Positions 56,601-64,000 of a stretch of DNA of 64,000 bases are shown here, piece after piece. Positions within the stretch are counted from its first letter, which is position 1. Every line of letters begins with the position of its first letter. Under the pieces are notes generated by a model, which was given only the letters and a program-made list of their open reading frames with translations, was not told the origin of the DNA and did no database searches. Origin of the DNA: an uncultured archaeon. GTDB taxonomy: Archaea; Nanobdellota; Nanobdellia; Woesearchaeales; UBA583. The stretch spans positions 37,572 through 101,571 of the forward strand of contig CAKZOW010000117.1 in NCBI GenBank assembly GCA_937138345.1. Reading direction: 5' to 3'. A program made the translations under genes and the position numbers.

Positions 56601-59600
56601 ATCCTACAGAAGAATATGTAGCAGCAATTAGACAAGCTGTAGATAACAAAGATAGATATACTCTATTCGAGTTACTTAACATCGAAACAGACGCTAATAC
56701 TACACTTAACTGGCAGTTTATAGAGTCTAGGATATTTGGGTATAGACCTCGTAATATAGTAGGGTTAAAAGGCTTTGATAAAGCATCTAACAACCCATTA
56801 GCTTCTCCTATATCTGATATTTTCAGTTCAGGTGAGAATAAGAACTTACTAAAGGAAGCTGCTGTTTTATCTGGTCATAGAGATACTGTAATGTACTTGA
56901 ATAGTGCAGGTAAAATGCAGAACAACTATAGTTTACCTAACTCTGTCATCATGATGAATAGTATTTTCCAAACCTATACCAGCCTATTAGCTAAGGATGG
57001 TGAAGTCGCCGGACATGAGGAGTTGTTGTATGGTATGCTTAGGAATTTTAATTCTCCTAAGTTTAAGGCTACTGATTTGTATAAGATGTTAACGCATCCT
57101 AATCCAGCAAGAAGGTATAAGATTGAGATTATTAACGTGGATGGCTATACTGATTCAAGAAAAGGTGAAGACATAAAAGATACTACTTCTAAGTTACAGA
57201 ATTTCAGTTGGTTACGTCAACAACACTTAAACTGGAAAGAAGGATTTGTAGAGTTTATGCGTACTGGAACAGGTAGTTCTGCTTGGGGTTACAGAGTAGT
57301 AAGTCCTAAAGGTAAAGCTCATAAATGGGTCACAAATGTTAAAGAAGCTCAGACTATATTTGGTAACTTTCTACTAGGAGAATTAGCTCAGTGGCAAAAA
57401 GTAAAAGATAAGACCAACTACAAATACGACCCGTTTACAATAAGCGCTTATTTAAGCGAAGACTTAAAAACGAAGTTAAAAGAAATGGAATTCGATGGTA
57501 CTCTTGGAGAGTATACAGACGAAGTTTTAGCAGAATTGAATGAAGCTTTATCAGGTGTATTTAGAGATACAGAACAACTCTATGCAGATTACGGGATAAC
57601 TGATTTAGAAAAAGTAGGAATGTTTGGTGTTAATTACAAGATACACCAGATATACTCTACTATGATGTTCTATGGTGATTTAAACTGGTTTGGTAAAAAA
57701 TTCTTTAAGCGTTCGCCACTAGCTGTTTCTACTGGTACAGGTAATACAGTTACAGAAGGATTATATGAAACGATTACACATGATTTAAAATCTGTATTTA
57801 CACCTAATACTAAAGGCTCGCTTACAGCTAAAGTATTAGCAGTAAAAGATATTAAAGCAGATTATAGTCCTAAAAAGTTAAAAGAATTCAAATCTAATGT
57901 AGCTAGTTCTGTTGAGAGTTATTTTAAAAACTCTAATATACCTGATCACTTGAAGAAAGATTTTAAAGATGCTTTAATGGAATCTTTGAACTCTTATAAC
58001 GATATCGAAGTAGCAGATGGTCAGTCTTGGGTATCTTTAGATTTAGCTAAATCTATGTTAGTTACTATAGACAAATGGGAGACTAATGGTTTACAAAAGA
58101 TGTATGACTATGAGGTAGCTTTCCTTAAAATGTGGAAACAAGCTCCTGAGAATCTTAAAGAGAGATACCGTGGTAATAATGATATTAATCTAGAATCAGC
58201 TTTAGCTAAGTTAAAACTAACTGAATCTGATATTAAGTTACTATTGAATAAACCTAAAGGAAACTGGACTTCTATGAAGTGGCAGTACTTCGGACCTATC
58301 AAGTCAAACGCTGATGTAGAGGCTTACAATCCATTAGTGTCACTTAAAACATCATTTGCTCCTATTATACCATCTGCTGTTGTAGGTACTAATGCAGAGC
58401 AGTTTATCGGACTTATGTACAAGGATGGTCATGATATCATTACGATTAAGTCTGCAATGAAAACAGGTATCGCAGAACATGGTGCTGCATCTTTAGCTCC
58501 ATTCTATACAAAGGATGGTATACAACAATTGTCTAATGAAGCTGACAGAGCTTATGAAATATACCTACCATACTTAAAAGAACAGTTAGAAACTAACACG
58601 AAAGTAAAGAAGGTGAATCTACTGGCGTCCCAGTTTAGAAAGTTACTTTATGCAGATACTTTAGTTCCTACTTTCGATGGAGATGCTTTTATAGGAAATC
58701 AATGGTTATCTCCAGATGTTGAAAAGTTATTCAATGAGTTCCTAAACATTCAAGAGCAGATAGTAGAAGTCCAAAAGGTTAAACTACTAGAAGAACTTAA
58801 ACTAGAAAGAATAGGTAAAGAGTATATCATTACTGATAGAACTCACCTAATTAAAACTATAAAAGATGAATTAGAACGCCAAGACAAAGGTGACAAAGGC
58901 CTATATGATTTGCTAGAAGCAATTAATAAAGACGATAATAATTTTGATTATTCCGGTGCCACACAAATGTTGGAGAACTTTGTAGGAGGTTTAATTAAGA
59001 AGAGATTGTCTAATATCAAGCTTCCAGGTAATGCTCTTATTCTTAAAGCATCTCCGACCACAGAAAAACTAGATTCAGAAGGATTTGGATTGAAATATTA
59101 CGGTTATGAGAAAGCTGAAGAATTTGAAGGATTTTGGACAAGAAAAGAGGTAGCTAAAGATACAGAAAAAGTTTATCTATTTGGAGATAATACAGCCGAT
59201 AGAGCAACTAAATATGTTCCTTCAAAAACTCAAGCTGTTATTAGAGGTTTAGATAATGCTATAGGTATAGATACTAAAAAGAATAGAGGTACAGGAAAAG
59301 ATTCTTATTTCACAGATAAAGATTTTGATGAGTTTAAAGACCAAGTAGATAAAGCTATTCAAACTGCTAAAGATAGTGGTAAAACTATTGTTATACCTAA
59401 AGATGGTATTGGTACAGGAAAAGCTATGCTTGCTAAGAAAGCTCCTAAACTTTATAAGTACTTAACAGAAGAGTTAAATAAATTAAAAGAACCTAAAGTA
59501 ACAAAAGCAGAAGGTAAAATATCTATATCTCAAGGAGAGTTCGGAAACTTACTTAAAAGAAAGGATGTAATAGAAAATGCATTATCAAATAGAGAAGATG

Positions 59601-62600
59601 ATTTACTAAGGTCTTTAAATGAGTTAATGGCTCAAGGAAAGATACCAGAGGATTTGATCACTATATTTGGTTATCGTATTCCTACATCTGGACTTAACTT
59701 AATGGATAGTTATATTATCAAAGAATTTTTACCTTATAATGAAGGTTCAGTTATTATTTTACCACCAGAAGCTGTTATTAAAGCAGGTGAGGATTATGAT
59801 ATTGATAAAAAGAACTTCTATTTCCCGTCTATCAGTGCGGATGGTACCAGGTTACCTGTACTTACAGAAAAACAATTTACTAAGAACAAGGAGGAGTTAC
59901 AAGAACGTGAAGAAGCTCTTAGCGAGCGTTATAAAGAGTTAACTAACTCAGTGTTAGAAGTTGAAGGAGAAGGTCTTACAGGTAAGGAAATAGAGCAATT
60001 AAGAGAAGATTTAAGATTTGACAACGAACTAGAAAAACTAGATATAGTTGATGAGTACGCTTTAGTAAAAGAACAGTTAAAAACTTACAAGAATTATTTA
60101 GATTACAGGACTAAAACACTTACAAACAAGTTAATTCAAAATGCTGTAGCAGCTACTTTAGTACCAGAAAGGTTCTTTAGTTTAGTTACTCCGGTTAATA
60201 ATAAACACGTAGAAGATAGTTTAAAAGAATTTGGTCAATCAGTAGAACCTACACCTTGGGAAACTACTAACATTAGTACGTCTGCTTCTAAGAGAGAAGA
60301 TATGGTACTTAACGGTCAAGCATTGACAGGTTTCGTAGCTACAGATGCAGTAGCCTTACAGGTAGTATTAAAGAAAGGATTACGGGTTAATAAGGACTCT
60401 AAACTAGGTAAAACTGTTTACCCATTATTAACAGAAGAAGAAGTTGCCAGAATGGATAGAGGAGATTACTTAGATTTATCTAATCCTCTTATGTTCGATG
60501 GTATGCTTAAATCTGATGTATTTAACCAATATACACAAGCTACAATTGATGCAGCTAATTCTCCATTACTTTCTTCAGTAAATATTACTAAGGACACCAT
60601 ACCTGTAATGAGCTGGTTAACTATGGTAGGAATTCCTGTTAAAAGAATTGGGATGTTTCTAACTCAACCTATCCTTAGAGAACGTCAAAGACTACTAGGA
60701 CAAGGAATGAAGAGTACTGCTGTATATACTAAGCAAGGTAAAGCTTTATTAACTCAAATGGTTAATGAAGGTACATTAAAAAGTACTAAGCAATTCTTTG
60801 GAGGTAAAGACCATAACGGTAACGATATTGGTAAGAAGAGTATCAACTGGGCTAAAGTAGGTGCTTATATTAATAGTGAGAGTAGTACAGGTGACGGTAA
60901 AACTAAATACCCTACGCTTACCAACAAGTCTGCGGCAATTGAAAAAAAGACTGGACGTAAAATCCATTCGAGTGAAGCTCCATTTGAGCAGTTGTATGTA
61001 CTATGGTTATTCCATAAACACCAGAATGAAAGTCTAGAATTCCTACAGTTGAAAATGGCTATGGGAGTGGATACCAATCCTGATAGAAACTCGTTGAGTA
61101 TAGCACTTAGAGAAAAAGCTATTGGAGATATTAACTCTGATAAAAATCCTTTCATTGACAAGACTACTATCAACAAGATTCTTAAAAAATCTGAGGTTTC
61201 TCCGTACTATCAACCAGAAATTACAGATGCTGTACTTAAAGCGTTAAATCCTATACGTTCTAACGCTACGTTTGTGAGTAAATTCTTACAAGAGTTTGGT
61301 GATAGTCGAATGAAATACATGGGTCGTAATAGACGTGAAAAATTTATCCGTACTGCTACCAATGATTTCTTGGATTTCTTAGTGAAAACTAAAGTCTACA
61401 TTGACGGTAAACCATTTAATCAACACTACAACTCTATTAGAAAAGATATTTACTCTAGATTTAGAGCCGTAGCTGGACCAACTTTACTTAGATATACATC
61501 TGTTAAAAAGGATGGTATGATTGCTTTGAATTACGAAGCTGTTGAAGATGGATTTACAGATACTTTAAAATATGAATTGTCTTTAATTAAAGATAGCGAC
61601 CCTGTATTATATAGAGATTTACTAGTTGCTTTCCATGCTCAGTATGGTTATAACTTTACTATTGATACTTTACAAACTATTATCCCTAAACTAGATTTCT
61701 ATAATTTAGTTAAGGAGGACTTAGCAGGTGTAAATGTAGATAATGAGGTTAAATACTTTATAACTGCTTGGAAGAGTGAGAATGAATCCTACATCAAAGG
61801 TAAGAAGAATGTAACCACAAAGTTCTTAAAAGTTAAACGAGGAGCTACTTCTAGTACAGTTAGTAGTAATACTAAACTACGTCAACAAGTAAAACAAGGA
61901 GCTGTTAATATCGACAAAGGTATTTACTCTAATCCTTTCTTAGGAATGGCTGACTCTAAAGTTGCTAAAGATATGTACAAAGATTGGTTAAATGGAAGTA
62001 ATAACCCTGTAGCTGCTTATATCGTATCTGATAATAAACTTGTAAACCAAGAGAGAAATTACTTAGGAGAAGTTGAAATAGATGTCGATGGGCAAATACA
62101 GGAAGTAACTTTTTTCCAGTATGGTAACGCTCGAATTATAGAACTAGAGAATGGACAATTGGTATCAGAAAAATCTAGTAAAATAATAGCAGATTCTTGG
62201 GAACACTTGGAAAACCATGTTCCTTTGACTAGAGAATTAGAAGATGAAGGATTTAAACTAGAAGGAGATTTCAGAACTCTAAACGATATAGAGCCTTCTA
62301 GCAGAGAAAAGTTATTAGAAGAGATTAAATCTGGTAAATTAGATAAAACAGAATTTGTTAGTACAAGTACTGATAACCATGCAAGTATACTAATCGACAA
62401 AATTAAGGATAGAAATAAGGTAGCAGCTACTTCTCTTAAACAAAATGACGATACCAAGACTTATGTAGTTACAGAAGGTAAAGGAGGTAAAGGAGGTAAT
62501 AAGTTAGTAATACCTAAGTTCAATAGTATTCAAGATGTAAAAGACTTTGTAGATACTATTCCAGAGGAGGTTGTATTTCCTACTAGAGGATTAGCAGTTA

Positions 62601-64000
62601 CTAAATCTTATCAGAAAGACTTTAACCAATTGGTAAAAGAGAAATTCAATTATACTAACCCTATTGAGTCAGCTTACTCTTTCACTTACAACGGTACTAC
62701 AGTTCCCACACCTTTTGAGTTGTCTAAAGAACAATCCATAGCATTAGAGGAATTGATAGATCATGTTGAATCTGGTACAGAAGTTGACTGGACTTTGAGT
62801 GCAAAAGGAGGATGTTTAGCTAAAGGTACTAAGGTAGTAATGTTCGATGGTACTTTTAAGAATGTTGAAGATGTAGAAGTAGGTGATTTACTTATGGGTC
62901 CAGATTCTACTCCTAGAACAGTGCTTGATTTAAGAAGAGGTCGAGAGCAAATGTACTGGGTAAGACAAACTAAAGGAGATGATTACAGAGTCAATGAGAG
63001 ACATATTTTATCTTTAAAAAAGGTACATCCTGCTACTTATAGTAGGGTTGTTGCAGGTAAAGGTAAAAGAGTTAAAACAAATAAAGTACTTAAACCTAAA
63101 AGAACAGAAACTTTAAACATTTCTGTGAAGGATTATCTGAATTACCCTACTAGTAAGAAACATATTATGGGTTATATGACAGGAGTAGAGTTCTCTAAAA
63201 AAGAAACTACTATAGATCCTTATTATCTAGGGCTATGGTTGGGAGATGGGTCTACTAAAAATATAAACCAAATATCCAATATTGACAAACCTATATTAGA
63301 TTATTTATTTAGTAAATGGGAACATTATAAGTTTGACGGTAGGTGTACCTATACTTCTACAGGTAATAAGTACAATGAAGAGTTTAAAAAGTTATACAAC
63401 TTAACTAATGCTGGTAAATTAAAAGAAAAGTATATACCTACTAGTTACCTTTATAATACAAGGGAAATACGTTTACAATTACTAGCAGGATTAATAGACA
63501 GTGATGGTCACTTAGCTAATAAAACTTATGAAATAACTCAAAAACATAAAAAATTAGCGCACCAAATAGCTTATCTATGTAGAAGTTTGGGACTTAGAAC
63601 ATACATACGTCCTAAAAAGGTTAAAATTAGAGAAGGAGATGTTAGGGTTTATTGGAGAATTACCTTCAATGGTACTCCAGATGTTCCTACTAAATTACCT
63701 AGGAAACAATGTGATAAATTATCTGTATTCAAAGAACGTAAACATACTAGTGTTAAGTTGGAGAAGGATGTAGTAGATGATTATTACGGGTTCACTTTAG
63801 ATAAGGATCATTTATTCTTACTAGAGGATTTTACAGTAACTCACAACACCGGAAAAACGTCAATAATCGGTGTCTTAGGACAATACCTTAAAAGTGCAGA
63901 GATTCTTTATCTTGCTCCCACCCATGCAGTTACAGTGGAGTTAGCTATAGCGACTTTACCTTTTGGTAATACGAATTTCCCTATAACTATTCCTTCTTCT
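53612..64000 (+). CDS. giant multidomain virion/polyvalent-type protein, at least 3463 codons, 3'-partial. Its C-terminal RecD/Pif1-like SF1 helicase domain is interrupted by an intein
   Basis: I translated it by hand from ATG 53612 (preceded by in-frame TAA at 53600) in one frame without stops to the window end. It is not in the ORF track because no stop lies inside the window. Internal landmarks: a Rossmann-like segment VYLFGDN...GIDT...IVIPKDGIGTGKAML (about 59162-59460); a DUF4326-like segment GAVNIDKGIYSNPFLG...YKDWL (about 61898-61990); the helicase Walker A split as ...LSAKGG / TGKTSIIGVLGQYLKSAEILYLAPTHAVTVEL. Confidence 0.8.
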   Translation, partial: MPNKCKIEVTHPLLKQVITGADTVEEILTALNTTDKFLTRAGRSISSKDFEFLVTEEQDIVVNIGGIDVPLVEFQEFTDKPIPVIIPQIIIPEEIKHIDSDTTLKEDNFSAIKWESGLALANKDTVGFTNEISQEQRSTFRGQLMEKLTTRPKAKLILIKDSDANYSQTEEERGFKADGHVAIVVENFEEGLSLTELLKRVPDYAKLNGKPFLLHTEFSAKNNTFDETGFGKRDHEKRLDIYTEKTGKTREQAKAHFDKEFRDWKRAATEIEENSYTVLEIKSISEGNIGKYNKHKAPLSPEMVNRVSEIEIVDGHVFVNFDETLPTKEKIKTKVRVIGSKVSNHEKGVLFKLLDSYTTQIPEEFVAYLVLLYGKRVSLKPNNLSFKRKGDKIQISYDQGGKIFSIKTDQNYKDLEQRKEILKTILENIPRSIPFDMVIASQNGDTIDRYLSELKINDTDLRVPDVDDLVKGTTTLQDYLLDAVYPVQMDTNHYKVNGQKQSSYKPINRYAYYNMDGKVHKDLSRELETKVNEKFEASGIDTVILTEGEMREKAAEWNKEDGTNHPVTYGRYKNGVVYITKTAPKHVVLEERIHALTVAAIKEEDLNEKAEIVQVVNELRTRVAKLENGALKDKWNATIGTDGKVTVEHVAELTGRGMSDPNMVEFLKKNQLGDSFYAKIKNWINALISKVTGVTFYDTIEGYTYKLMDTKIEEDLDEDIFDPLGGFFSYEQLNEPPVKDIHDQLNYHFLNIFLKKKKITLSDLFEKDLPKGIFKEYKAQLKSKAKTKFLVKDEKSFDKWSKKFFAKEEVEEVSEIERLESDDLSEVINETHSTKSSQERISKKIKAIIETMPKVDENGKAVRYPSGIPMAANISSTLYKLIKNYGGVIDINVLAKNIAKAAYKKDDKNRNVANQDDILILALALGIKPDGSYQKTPLMYSFVTGMQLFELPAYKAVESDIASFVFKESGTNTKALKKEWDSAFRENRSGRFDKDFNPTEEYVAAIRQAVDNKDRYTLFELLNIETDANTTLNWQFIESRIFGYRPRNIVGLKGFDKASNNPLASPISDIFSSGENKNLLKEAAVLSGHRDTVMYLNSAGKMQNNYSLPNSVIMMNSIFQTYTSLLAKDGEVAGHEELLYGMLRNFNSPKFKATDLYKMLTHPNPARRYKIEIINVDGYTDSRKGEDIKDTTSKLQNFSWLRQQHLNWKEGFVEFMRTGTGSSAWGYRVVSPKGKAHKWVTNVKEAQTIFGNFLLGELAQWQKVKDKTNYKYDPFTISAYLSEDLKTKLKEMEFDGTLGEYTDEVLAELNEALSGVFRDTEQLYADYGITDLEKVGMFGVNYKIHQIYSTMMFYGDLNWFGKKFFKRSPLAVSTGTGNTVTEGLYETITHDLKSVFTPNTKGSLTAKVLAVKDIKADYSPKKLKEFKSNVASSVESYFKNSNIPDHLKKDFKDALMESLNSYNDIEVADGQSWVSLDLAKSMLVTIDKWETNGLQKMYDYEVAFLKMWKQAPENLKERYRGNNDINLESALAKLKLTESDIKLLLNKPKGNWTSMKWQYFGPIKSNADVEAYNPLVSLKTSFAPIIPSAVVGTNAEQFIGLMYKDGHDIITIKSAMKTGIAEHGAASLAPFYTKDGIQQLSNEADRAYEIYLPYLKEQLETNTKVKKVNLLASQFRKLLYADTLVPTFDGDAFIGNQWLSPDVEKLFNEFLNIQEQIVEVQKVKLLEELKLERIGKEYIITDRTHLIKTIKDELERQDKGDKGLYDLLEAINKDDNNFDYSGATQMLENFVGGLIKKRLSNIKLPGNALILKASPTTEKLDSEGFGLKYYGYEKAEEFEGFWTRKEVAKDTEKVYLFGDNTADRATKYVPSKTQAVIRGLDNAIGIDTKKNRGTGKDSYFTDKDFDEFKDQVDKAIQTAKDSGKTIVIPKDGIGTGKAMLAKKAPKLYKYLTEELNKLKEPKVTKAEGKISISQGEFGNLLKRKDVIENALSNREDDLLRSLNELMAQGKIPEDLITIFGYRIPTSGLNLMDSYIIKEFLPYNEGSVIILPPEAVIKAGEDYDIDKKNFYFPSISADGTRLPVLTEKQFTKNKEELQEREEALSERYKELTNSVLEVEGEGLTGKEIEQLREDLRFDNELEKLDIVDEYALVKEQLKTYKNYLDYRTKTLTNKLIQNAVAATLVPERFFSLVTPVNNKHVEDSLKEFGQSVEPTPWETTNISTSASKREDMVLNGQALTGFVATDAVALQVVLKKGLRVNKDSKLGKTVYPLLTEEEVARMDRGDYLDLSNPLMFDGMLKSDVFNQYTQATIDAANSPLLSSVNITKDTIPVMSWLTMVGIPVKRIGMFLTQPILRERQRLLGQGMKSTAVYTKQGKALLTQMVNEGTLKSTKQFFGGKDHNGNDIGKKSINWAKVGAYINSESSTGDGKTKYPTLTNKSAAIEKKTGRKIHSSEAPFEQLYVLWLFHKHQNESLEFLQLKMAMGVDTNPDRNSLSIALREKAIGDINSDKNPFIDKTTINKILKKSEVSPYYQPEITDAVLKALNPIRSNATFVSKFLQEFGDSRMKYMGRNRREKFIRTATNDFLDFLVKTKVYIDGKPFNQHYNSIRKDIYSRFRAVAGPTLLRYTSVKKDGMIALNYEAVEDGFTDTLKYELSLIKDSDPVLYRDLLVAFHAQYGYNFTIDTLQTIIPKLDFYNLVKEDLAGVNVDNEVKYFITAWKSENESYIKGKKNVTTKFLKVKRGATSSTVSSNTKLRQQVKQGAVNIDKGIYSNPFLGMADSKVAKDMYKDWLNGSNNPVAAYIVSDNKLVNQERNYLGEVEIDVDGQIQEVTFFQYGNARIIELENGQLVSEKSSKIIADSWEHLENHVPLTRELEDEGFKLEGDFRTLNDIEPSSREKLLEEIKSGKLDKTEFVSTSTDNHASILIDKIKDRNKVAATSLKQNDDTKTYVVTEGKGGKGGNKLVIPKFNSIQDVKDFVDTIPEEVVFPTRGLAVTKSYQKDFNQLVKEKFNYTNPIESAYSFTYNGTTVPTPFELSKEQSIALEELIDHVESGTEVDWTLSAKGGCLAKGTKVVMFDGTFKNVEDVEVGDLLMGPDSTPRTVLDLRRGREQMYWVRQTKGDDYRVNERHILSLKKVHPATYSRVVAGKGKRVKTNKVLKPKRTETLNISVKDYLNYPTSKKHIMGYMTGVEFSKKETTIDPYYLGLWLGDGSTKNINQISNIDKPILDYLFSKWEHYKFDGRCTYTSTGNKYNEEFKKLYNLTNAGKLKEKYIPTSYLYNTREIRLQLLAGLIDSDGHLANKTYEITQKHKKLAHQIAYLCRSLGLRTYIRPKKVKIREGDVRVYWRITFNGTPDVPTKLPRKQCDKLSVFKERKHTSVKLEKDVVDDYYGFTLDKDHLFLLEDFTVTHNTGKTSIIGVLGQYLKSAEILYLAPTHAVTVELAIATLPFGNTNFPITIPSS
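62813..63847 (+). mobile_element. intein (345 aa) with a two-motif LAGLIDADG homing endonuclease, inserted in the P-loop of the giant protein's helicase domain
   Basis: N-terminal splice block CLAKGTKVVMFDGTFKNVEDVEVGDLLMG; block B-like YRVNERHILSL; LAGLIDADG motifs YYLGLWLGDGS and LLAGLIDSDGHL; C-terminal block FLLEDFTVTHN followed by Thr at +1. The flanking exteins rejoin to GGTGKTS (Walker A). Confidence 0.85.

Noticed and set aside
58673-58684. RNA polymerase metal-binding DxDGD motif in the giant ORF (which would make it a crAss/N4-type virion RNA polymerase)
   Set aside because: Only TFDGD is present, lacking the first Asp. The other D.DG sites (EIDVDGQ at about 62075) lack the third Asp. 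No convincing virion RNA polymerase signature could be found by eye; this remains open for profile-based checking.
53641-62457. Eight minus-strand ORFs of 60-132 aa in the track (53641-53844, 54436-54666, 55147-55329, 56470-56793, 58108-58302, 60776-60967, 60865-61176, 62059-62457), plus the plus-strand ORF 59739-59942
   Set aside because: All lie antisense to, or out of frame within, the continuous giant plus-strand ORF. Their products are low-complexity Ser/Leu-rich translations typical of antisense AT-rich coding DNA.

Overview
This is an AT-rich window that reads as one contiguous piece of a large tailed dsDNA phage genome. Low GC, frequent TAnnTTT(A/G)-like elements close to start codons and lipoboxes suggest a Bacteroidota-type host; that is inference.

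Layout:
- 1-8985: a minus-strand block of small early or accessory genes. It includes a glucosaminidase-family peptidoglycan hydrolase with an N-terminal membrane anchor, three lipoproteins, a lone tRNA with an odd anticodon, an iteron-like repeat cluster, and a protein with an acidic SSB-like C-terminal tail.
- 8986-9325: a structured divergent intergenic region.
- 9326 onwards: a plus-strand block. It opens with a free-standing GIY-YIG homing endonuclease and small ORFs, followed by DNA and nucleotide end-processing enzymes (RecB-family PD-(D/E)XK nuclease, HAD IIIA phosphatase, a DUF5664-like protein, a DUF4326 protein).
- 15.7-18.3 kb: a hyperplastic region of small ORFs punctuated by a family of GC-rich hairpin repeats, including two identical 38-mers.
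- 19.37-20.92 kb: a tRNA cluster with tRNA-Thr, tRNA-Met, tRNA-Asp and tRNA-Cys plus degenerate tRNA-like elements.
- 22.0-53.6 kb: a morphogenesis module. It holds putative small and large terminase, a portal with a coiled-coil barrel, a capsid gene followed by a strong hairpin, a 1583-aa fibre-like protein, an SLT lytic transglycosylase, a Gly/Ala-rich hydrophobic internal protein and an HExxH zincin protein.
- 53612 to the window end: a giant ORF of at least 3463 codons that runs off the window and is absent from the supplied ORF track.

The giant ORF carries Rossmann-like and DUF4326-like segments and a C-terminal RecD/Pif1-like SF1 helicase domain. Its Walker A P-loop (GG|TGKTS) is interrupted by a 345-aa intein with a two-motif LAGLIDADG homing endonuclease. 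No CRISPR array, rRNA or integrase was seen.
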